Positions 23,631 to 32,628 of a stretch of 39,470 bases of DNA are shown one piece after another. The notes below the pieces were generated by a model. That model worked only from the letters and a program-made list of their open reading frames with translations. It was not told the origin of the DNA and made no database searches. The position numbers were made by a program, and so were the translations under genes. The stretch comes from Octopus bimaculoides (taxonomy: Eukaryota): assembly GCF_001194135.2 (NCBI RefSeq), contig NC_068986.1, positions 34,947,500 to 34,986,969 of the forward strand, written 5' to 3'. Every line of letters starts with the position of its first letter. The first letter of the stretch is position 1.

Positions 23631-24369
23631 ATATAATATCATTTATTTAAAAGGACACAATACATGTCTTTAAGTGCTACTAATAGTTTCATATGTTGAG
23701 AAACCTCTGAACCATATTCATCAGGCACAAGCAACATATCATAAAAAACTAGAAAAATTGAATAAGATAAGAAAAGTGAAAACAATTAAGACTATCCGAA
23801 TTTAACCTGTCAAGTGTTGCAGAGGACAATTAGAGTATGAAATTTTTGTAGGCTCCCTCTACTTCTATGCACCAAGAATTAATGGCTGACATGGTTGGGT
23901 GAACATGTCTAGTGACAGTCCCAAGCAAAGCACTTTAAATTTAACATGTCACATGGTAGACTTGATGAGAGCTCTTTCTATGTAGCTGAATGGTTGAATG
24001 TTTATGGTTTGTGTCTATGTATGTAGGCATTAAATTTTGTTCTCTACTAAGTTTGTGTGTGGGTGTTGTATGGGGAAAAGCCATGACTGTGTCCAAAAAT
24101 TATGTTGTCAGCTGTATAAATTCAACATATCAAGCAGCAGAATGAGTTTGTGTGTGAATAGGTTTTTGGTGAATGTAGTTTGTTAAAGTTTATCCAGTCT
24201 TGGTTTGCACTTTCATATGAATGTATTTTCTTTGTTTATCCATGCTTGGTCTGTGGTATTGACTGAACAAAGGTAAATCAGAAAGACTTAAAATTTGGGA
24301 AACTTGATGAACAGGTGAAAATGATCTTTTATGGTATAAACATGTCCTGATTTTAATTCATAGTTTTTG

Positions 24370-24490
24370 TCTTCTGATGCATGTGTGTGTGTGAGAGAAA
24401 GAGAGAAAGAGAGAGAGAAAAAGAGAGAGGGAGAGAGAGAAGGAAAGAGAGAGAGAGAGTATGTGTGTCTGTGTATATATACGTATGTAT
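24370..24490. repeat. (TG)n/(GA)n microsatellite
   Basis: Directly visible. Confidence 0.9.
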
Positions 24491-24775
24491 GTGTTGTTGT
24501 TTAATGTTCACTTTCCATGCTAGCATGGGTTGGATGGTTTGACCAAGGACTGGCAAGTTGGGAGGTTGTACCAAGCTCCAATCTGATTTGGCAAGGTTTC
24601 CACAGCTGGATGCCCTTCCTAATACCAACTAATCTGAGAATGTAGTGGGTGCATTTTACGTGTCTCCAACACAGGAGCTAGCTAGGTGGCACTGGCATTC
24701 GCCACGCTTGAATGGTGCTTTCTACATGCCACCAGCAGGGGTGCCAGCCAGGCAGAACTGGCATAGTGTCATACT
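24488..24775 (-). mobile_element. Family-B SINE, older copy
   Basis: CTTTCCATGCTAGCATGGGTTGG...CAGCTGGATGCCCTTCCTAAT. Confidence 0.8.
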
Positions 24776-24813
24776 TGGGCATGCATGCATACATCCATCC
24801 ATCCATACATATA

Positions 24814-24977
24814 CAGGGTGTGGCAGAAAGGTTGCCCCGATTTCAAAGGTTGATGAAAAACAAACACATGAAGATTCAAGAAAAAAACGATGCTCTCCAC
24901 CCAAGGCCATGGTGGGTACTACCTGAATCAGAAAGAAAAATGGCATTTAATGAACTTCATAGAAATACAAAGTTTTT
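24814..24977 (+). mobile_element. Possible Tc1/mariner-type element left end, running into the gap
   Basis: TA then CAGGGTGTGGCAGAAAG, a typical Tc1/mariner TIR start; the other end is not visible. Confidence 0.4.
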
Positions 24978-25635
24978 NNNNNNNNNNNNNNNNNNNNNNN
25001 NNNNNNNNNNNNNNNNNNNNNNNNNNNNNNNNNNNNNNNNNNNNNNNNNNNNNNNNNNNNNNNNNNNNNNNNNNNNNNNNNNNNNNNNNNNNNNNNNNNN
25101 NNNNNNNNNNNNNNNNNNNNNNNNNNNNNNNNNNNNNNNNNNNNNNNNNNNNNNNNNNNNNNNNNNNNNNNNNNNNNNNNNNNNNNNNNNNNNNNNNNNN
25201 NNNNNNNNNNNNNNNNNNNNNNNNNNNNNNNNNNNNNNNNNNNNNNNNNNNNNNNNNNNNNNNNNNNNNNNNNNNNNNNNNNNNNNNNNNNNNNNNNNNN
25301 NNNNNNNNNNNNNNNNNNNNNNNNNNNNNNNNNNNNNNNNNNNNNNNNNNNNNNNNNNNNNNNNNNNNNNNNNNNNNNNNNNNNNNNNNNNNNNNNNNNN
25401 NNNNNNNNNNNNNNNNNNNNNNNNNNNNNNNNNNNNNNNNNNNNNNNNNNNNNNNNNNNNNNNNNNNNNNNNNNNNNNNNNNNNNNNNNNNNNNNNNNNN
25501 NNNNNNNNNNNNNNNNNNNNNNNNNNNNNNNNNNNNNNNNNNNNNNNNNNNNNNNNNNNNNNNNNNNNNNNNNNNNNNNNNNNNNNNNNNNNNNNNNNNN
25601 NNNNNNNNNNNNNNNNNNNNNNNNNNNNNNNNNNN
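24978..25635. other. Assembly gap (others at 6440-6476, 15386-15470, 18393-18540, 28868-29071, 35725-36460)
   Basis: N runs. This gap hides the continuation of the candidate first exon. Confidence 1.
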
Positions 25636-26040
25636 TGGTCATGACGATGATGCTGGATAGTAGTCATAGACTCTTGTTGATGATGTGGCGACGGCGGTGG
25701 TCATCGTTGGCTGGACGAAGCTGTTGAAGTGGTCGCTGGAACTGCTGCTGCTGCTGTCGTGTGGTACACGGAACAATCTCTAAGAGAAACTGGACCGAGA
25801 CGAATTTGTCCGCCGAGTTAAAGCTATTCATAACAAACTATTGGCTCCCGATGGCTTCGGTTTAATACTCTATCACGTGACCTTATTAGGGGCTGTGATT
25901 GGTCAGTTTGCGTTCTGGCGGGAACGGTTCGAAGAAGTTGCCGATTCGAATAATAATCAGTCACGTGATGACAAGGAATGGGTTCTCTACTACGCTCGCA
26001 TTTATTTATATTTAAATGAGAAGATTGTATGTAATGGCGA
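25636..26040 (-). promoter_or_regulatory. CpG-rich promoter and first exon of an unidentified minus-strand gene
   Basis: Abrupt CpG-rich block with two TCACGTGA E-boxes (25872-25881, 25960-25969), CCAAT on the minus strand (25898-25902), TGGCGGGAA (25916-25924) and a CAG-rich leader running into the gap. The CpG-poor, SINE-rich DNA to the left resembles a gene body. Confidence 0.6.
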
Positions 26041-26159
26041 TAGTAGTTTGTATCTAATGGCAGGAGGTAGTTTCACTACATATATATATATATATATATC
26101 CACTTTACAGAGTGTACTGGGTGCTTTTTATTTGGCACCAGTGGGGTGACGAAGTAGTT

Positions 26160-26348
26160 TGCCAGACAAAGACCTCTCAGTTGAGAGAGAGAGAGAGTGG
26201 AACAGAAGGAAGTGGTTGTGAGTCAGTTGAGAGGTTAGAGTATAAAAGAGGGGCAGAGGTAGTTGTTTTACTATAGAGGAGATATGTGGCTATTCCAGTA
26301 GAACATGGAAGGAGAGGGAGTTAGAGAGAAAGATAGAGAGAGACAATC

Positions 26349-26399
<51 letters not shown>

Positions 26400-26690
26400 A
26401 ATAGATGGTGTTAGAGATGTATTGGGGTTCTGTCTACAGGGAACAGGGTTGGAGTATAAGTAGTACAAAGAGGATAGAGAGGGATGTTCCATAAGAGAGT
26501 GGGGGGAGATGTTTAGAGATGGGGGAGGGCAGAGATAGTGGAGTGGTTGGGAGGGTAGTATGGTAGATATATTGGAGCATGGAGAATGCATGGATGGGTA
26601 CGTGAGGGAAAAGTGGAGGGGCCTACAGTGGGAGGTGGGATGGAGAGGATGCTGGGAAGATGGATTACAGGGGTGTCTTGACAGCATGAA
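26160..26690 (+). repeat. Purine-rich (GA)n/GGA low-complexity tract
   Basis: Strong G+A strand bias with long (GA)n runs. Confidence 0.8.
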
Positions 26691-26984
26691 GATATGTTAA
26701 GAATAAATACACAAATGTTCATCCCAGATCTCACTGTACATGGTGCAAACAATAATTTTTTAACAGTTGGCAGATATAAACACTGATCAGCACACAATCT
26801 GTTCATTAAAAGAATAAGCTATGCTAGTGGCTTTGTTTAGGCTCATAGCTCTGATTGACAAAACTCACGGTGAAACACTGGAGTCCCAGAGTGATATGCA
26901 CCAATGAACTGAGTATGTTGAACACACTGTCATTGTAAAAATGAGAAGTTATTTTCTCATGACATGTACTACATCTAAACTCTC

Positions 26985-27250
26985 TCTCCCTGTGCCAGTG
27001 GCATGTAAAAAGCACCATCCAAACATGGTTGATGCCAGTGACCCTTGACTGGCTCTCGTGCCGGTAGCATGTGAAAAGCACCCACTACTCTCTTGGAGTG
27101 GTTGGCACTAGGGAGAGCATCCAGCTGTAGAAACCTTGTCAGATCAGATTGGAGACTGGTGTAGCCTACTAGCTTGCCAGCCCTCAGTCAAACCGTCGAA
27201 CCCATGCCAGCATGAAAAGCAGACGTTAAATGATGATGACGATGATGATG
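26985..27250 (+). mobile_element. Family-B SINE with (GAT)n tail
   Basis: Family motifs. Confidence 0.82.
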
Positions 27251-28066
27251 AGTTCAATAACATTCCAACTCTCTCAACCAGAAATGAAGTTATTTGTTAA
27301 AGCCTACACAAGTTTCATCATTCCATCAATTTGACCTCTGATGCTAGAAATAACAGTCAATGCCCAACATTAGTATCAATAAACAGCTTCCAGCTCTTAG
27401 TTAAACAGCTCGGTCCTTATATTTATTTACAGCTGTAATTGGTGACCCATTCACACGGCCACAACCGTTGAACCCCCACACCTGAAATAGCAGTCACCAA
27501 CATCCCACTTTTATCTATTCCACCTTTGCTTTTTGACCAGACTCTTCCATATCTCTCTCACCTGCAACATGTGAATGTTGGTACTCGTGTGAGATGAGCT
27601 CTGCATATTCCGCTTCAGGATGTGACAGATGGAATAGACAAGGCTGGGGTGGGGGGAGAGAAAGGGAGAAAAGCTGACTGAAAGAGAGAGAGGGAGAGAG
27701 ATACAGACAGGCAGGTGGATAGATACATAGATACCAGAAAGAAAATTTCTAAATTAATAGTTGACACCCATCTACCCACCCACCCACACATATAAAGAGT
27801 GAGAGAGAGATAAAAAATATGCAGTTTATAACTTAGTCACGGGTTCAATGTCTGAATTTAAAAGAGAGAGAGAGAGAGGGAAGGGATTTAGCATTTAACA
27901 TGTCTGCTTAGAAAGACAAAACAAAACAAACAATGTCCCCCCATAAAACATCTACTTCACAGTCTGCTCCACTCTTTCAGCGTTCAATGACCTATTGACA
28001 CCATAGTTGTGAATTAAAAGAACTTGGAAAATTAGGCCCTGAACCAGAACTTTTGCGATATACTTT

Positions 28067-28094
28067 AAGCCAGGAACTTTTCAGCACCCCCCTC
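28067..28094. mobile_element. Solo mariner TIR
   Basis: AAGCCAGGAACTTTTCAGCACCCCCCTC, the complement of the left end of 7482-7666. Confidence 0.55.
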
Positions 28095-28534
28095 AAATGT
28101 TGTTTAGATTTACAACATAGCCTTACCAAATTACCCTTGAAAAATGACATAACACCAAAGAACATATATAAATTCTACATAATATACTTAAGAGTGAAGC
28201 TAAATATAAACATGTTCTTCGAAGTGCAGATTCCAGCTTATGATGTACTTCTTGTTTACCTAAAGTATCATATTCCTCCTGTCATCTTGCTTTTTATACC
28301 TGCTCACCCAAGTGAATACTTTGTACTATGAAATAAACTACATTTCACTAAATAGCTACCATGGAAGTAGCAATGAATACTGTAAATTTTAAAGTATCAA
28401 TAAACAGTAGATTATTTAAGTCTCAACAATACTCTATGGATTATTGACACCAATTATTTGAAATAACTTCCAACAGTGAAGACAAAAATATTAAACACAC
28501 ATAAGCCCCTCTGTTTTAATTTTATGCTATCTAA

Positions 28535-29076
28535 ATAGGTACAAGTATAGCTGTGTGGTTAAGCAGTTCACTTTGCAAGCAAACAATTTTGAGTTCAATC
28601 CCACTGCAACTCCTTAGGCAAGAGTCTTCTATCATTGCTTTGAATATGGTAGATGGAAGCTGTATTAAGGTTGCTGCACATATATATATTTATATAGGCA
28701 CAGGTGTGGCTGTGTGGTAAGAAGCTTGCTTCTCAGCCACATTGTCCTGGGTTCAGTCCCAATGCATGGCACCTTGGGCAGGTGTCTTCTACTATAACCT
28801 CAGGCTGACCAAAGCCTTGTGAGTAGATTTGGCAGACAAAAACTGAAAGAAGTCTATCATATATATANNNNNNNNNNNNNNNNNNNNNNNNNNNNNNNNN
28901 NNNNNNNNNNNNNNNNNNNNNNNNNNNNNNNNNNNNNNNNNNNNNNNNNNNNNNNNNNNNNNNNNNNNNNNNNNNNNNNNNNNNNNNNNNNNNNNNNNNN
29001 NNNNNNNNNNNNNNNNNNNNNNNNNNNNNNNNNNNNNNNNNNNNNNNNNNNNNNNNNNNNNNNNNNNNNNNATATA

Positions 29077-29108
<32 letters not shown>

Positions 29109-29524
29109 AATACAAATAATATGTGAGTATATGCATATATATGTGCATGTATGTACATCCCTACATCTACATGTATATATAGATGCATATCTGGGTACAG
29201 GACGTCACAAGAAAAAACGTGGACAAAATGAAAAACAGAACATAGAAAACAAACAGGCCACATAGAGAATATTTCCTTCATCAGCTGCCCCTATTCTGTT
29301 TATATTGATGCAAGTGAGTCTTTGTGTCTGTTTGTTCCCCCCACTATTGCTTGACAACTGATGTTGGTGTGTTTACATCTCCATAACTTAGTGGTTTGAC
29401 AAAAGAAACTGATAGAATAAGTACTAGGTTTACAAAGAATAAGTCCTGGGGTCGATTTCTTTGGGTAAAAATCACTTTAAGGCAGTGCTCCAGTCAAATG
29501 ACTGAAACAAATAAAAGAGTAAAA

Positions 29525-29525
<1 letters not shown>
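28535..29525 (+). mobile_element. Degenerate SINE head (28535-28690) and a SINE-A split by a gap, (TA)n and a possibly Penelope-like fragment (29180-29310)
   Basis: SINE-A 5' half 28697-28867 and 3' half ~29315-29525. Confidence 0.75.
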
Positions 29526-29566
<41 letters not shown>

Positions 29567-29570
<4 letters not shown>

Positions 29571-29880
29571 TCATCATCATTTAACGTCCGCTTTCTATGC
29601 TAGCATGAGTTGGACGATTTGACTGACGACTGGTAAACCAGGTGGTCACACCAGGCTCCAATCTGATTTGGCAGAGTTTCTACAGCTGGATGCCCTTCCT
29701 AATGCCAACCAGTCCGAGTGTGTAGTGGGTGCTTTTACGTGCCACCGGCACGAAGGCCAGTCAGGCGGTACTGGCAATGACCACGCTCAAAATGGTGTCT
29801 TTTACGTGCCACCTGCACGGGAGCCAGTCCAGAGGCACTGGCAACGATCTCGCTCAAATGTCCTTACACGTGCCAGGACA
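29567..29880 (-). mobile_element. Family-B SINE, young
   Basis: Near-consensus, two internal repeat units. Confidence 0.88.
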
Positions 29881-30140
29881 CAATGGAGAAATAGCATTTA
29901 TATAACTTATTAACTGCAAAAATTCAACATGTTCTCTTGCAGCTGTTTTGATTTTGCACCAAAAGAATTAAATTCAGTAATTAAAACATTTTATTGGGCA
30001 AAATCTTGTCAGAGGAGTGAAAAAGGCACATCATTAGGTTATTACATGTTATTCTTCTAAAACATCTCAACAGACTCATACATACATACACACACGTGTG
30101 TGTGTGCGTGCATACACTGATGTGCATAAATGTTGATATT

Positions 30141-30381
30141 TTACTGGTCAGAAGAATGGTGCTGAATACTGACATTCATTCCTATCCATTCTGGGAGCAA
30201 TTTCTCACCAACCTCCACTGTCTTCAGCAGCCTGCATGCAACATCAATATCCCATGCACTTATTTGTGCATCTTGGTGTTTGCCACACTTAAGGCTGGGT
30301 TTGCTGAACTGTTGAAGTCCAGTCTCCTTGCATCCATAGTACGTTTTGAGCTCCACTGGAGGGATTTCAAATGTTATCTTC
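30141..30381 (-). other. 80-codon open stretch of unknown origin (candidate exon or TE relic)
   Basis: RKITFEIPPVELKTYYGCKETGLQQFSKPSLKCGKHQDAQISAWDIDVACRLLKTVEVGEKLLPEWIG..., non-repetitive composition; cag| at 30382-30384 and a possible gtgaga donor. No family recognised. Confidence 0.2.
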
Positions 30382-32379
30382 CTGGACTTTGGATTTGATA
30401 GACAGGAACTGAAAGAAACCTGTCGTGTGTGTGTGTGCATGTCTTTGACAACTGGTGTTGGTGTGTTTACATCCCTGTAACTTAGCATTTGTCCAGGTTC
30501 GTGTGTCACATAGCTTGCTAGAGGCGATGGCCTCTTGGAGCTAATCAACGGCAGCATTCGTCCTATTTTTTGGACTGCCATGTTGACTTGGTGATAACTA
30601 TTAATATATATATATATATACACACGCACACACACACACATATATATATAGATAAATATACTCGAGATTATAGTGAAGCTGTATCTAGAAAACTAGTTCA
30701 AAGAAACTCATGCGAAGTTCTTTCGTGCTAGCTAGTTTGCCAAGGTGAAATTAATAGTACGTTAACAAATGTATGTTGAAAATATCGCAAGAACGTTGAC
30801 TAAACAAACAATCGCCAACAGGGTTCTGCGTATACTGAAACATATAATTGAGAGAAGAAAACTAAGAATTACATCTAAAGAAGCAGGAAATAAATGTAGA
30901 AAAGGAGCTAAATTTAGTTCGCGAAGAGCGACTGCCTCCTCGTACACGTTCTCCAGACTACACGCCCATTCAATTGAACCATGTTGGATATTCGCACAAA
31001 TTTAACAAATTTACTCTTCGTTCGGTGGGCTTGGTTTTAGAACGAAGTGTCCCTATTATGTGTAGTTTACCACGCATCCTCTTTCACCATAGTCACTAAC
31101 TGGAGGAAGATTGCCAGGCCTTTCCGGACATAAGAAGACGGAGGCGGTGATGAACATGTAACGTGGACAATACCCATATCTCTCTCACACAAGTAGGAGA
31201 CTAAATTATTGTGTGCAGAAAGGTTTCGTCTTTTGCACAGCACAAATCGACAGTTTATGTAACAAACTCTTTTAAAGTATCAATTTTTTTTCTACCAATG
31301 CCTTTTCAAAACCGCCCCGCGTCTATTATTCAACAAAATTAAATAAAAATTCTGCCGACATGATCACCATTAAAAGACTACTTTGAATGTGAAAACATTT
31401 CGACTGCAATTAATCTTACTAGATGATTTACATATAGCTTAAAAATTGAAAATATATTTGAAAATTAAGGCAATTAAAAGATGTATCTACCACCCCACCT
31501 ATCATCTCCTTTCGGGGCCCATTTGTACTTTTGTACCAATTAAGTACTGGGGTCGATTTAATATTCCTATAAAATAGTGGTTCTCAAACTAATCACAAAC
31601 ACCGCCTCCAAACGAAAATCGCCCGCTTTATTAACGAACAGGCAAAATAAATTATTTTGCATTTATATATTCTTCCTTCGCCATAGTGTAGGACAAGTTT
31701 AAAAAAGGGCAATATATTCTATATTCACTCCTTTTCACCCCCTCAGAAACACTCATAAACATCCGAAATATGCGTGGAATTGTTCTAAAATTAGAAGAAT
31801 TTGCTGTCAGCGACCTAATAATGAAAATGACAAACATATGAAGCTGCATCGTTGTCTTTCTTTCTTTTTTTTTTTTGTCTCTCTCCCTCCCTTTTTTCCC
31901 CTTTTCTTTGTCTTTTGTAAAAACTTATATTATGGAAGGATATGACAATGGTTTAGAGTTTGTATTTTAATTAAATGCATTATGTAATTCCAAGGTTAAA
32001 TCTGAAAGAGCAGAACTAGGATTAAAGATACTCCAACCGCGACCATCCCGTCTTTGCTTCAGACCATATATGTACGACTACATTAGCTGTGTCCTTCCCT
32101 TCTTTTAAGACGGTAGTGTATATAGGAAATTTGGCTACAATTTCGAGTAGGTCGAGAGACACGTGTAGGCGCTTTCACTGGCTGAATATGGCGTGTAAAC
32201 CGAATAAATTTACTTTCGTTAATTAAACTCCCAGGAGAACAACAGCCCTCATCACAATAGAAAAATAGATAATTTAGATTTTTTTTTAAAGTATCAACAA
32301 ATATTAACAAGCTAATAGCTTTAAAAAAAGAGAGAGAATGGTGAGCGTTTAGTTAAACGTTTATCATTCGAAGCTGGTG

Positions 32380-32628
32380 AATAAAGTGAGTGGCGGGAAG
32401 AGAGTCTAGCAGTCATTTTCAGCGGCAACTAAAGTAGTAGTAGTAGTAGTACTAGTTGTTAATAGGAAGGTAGGGGGAATTGCTACAGCGATCATATATA
32501 AACCCGTTATATTCTGATGCAATAACTGTAGTGTATGACCGTAGAGTGTGCAGGTGCGCTTGTTGAACACTGACAGAGAAAGCACAAATAATTCCTTTTC
32601 ACTTTGTCAACACGGGGGTATTTTCACC
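32380..32628 (+). promoter_or_regulatory. Proximal promoter/5' leader of the SLC3 gene: E2F-like TGGCGGGAA (32391-32399), TATATAAA (32495-32502), CARE/AARE TGATGCAAT (32515-32523)
   Basis: Motifs read directly; the region is CpG-rich, SINE-free and immediately upstream of the CDS. The TSS is not known. Confidence 0.55.

Noticed and set aside
2656-23673. Many similar 60-160 aa ORFs (e.g. ...IYDGLLSVSVYQIHSQGFG.PEAIVEDTCPRCHAVGLN.EPCG)
   Set aside because: Translations of SINE-A copies and their microsatellites, not a protein family.
24712-25667. Long ORFs spanning N-runs (also 15221-15700, 18168-18587, 28733-29281, 35718-36536)
   Set aside because: Open only because the Ns contain no stop codons.
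32548-32628. 27-codon N-terminal extension from the GTG start given in the ORF track
   Set aside because: Non-ATG start. The ATG at 32629 has a good Kozak context and gives a normal SLC3 cytoplasmic tail length.
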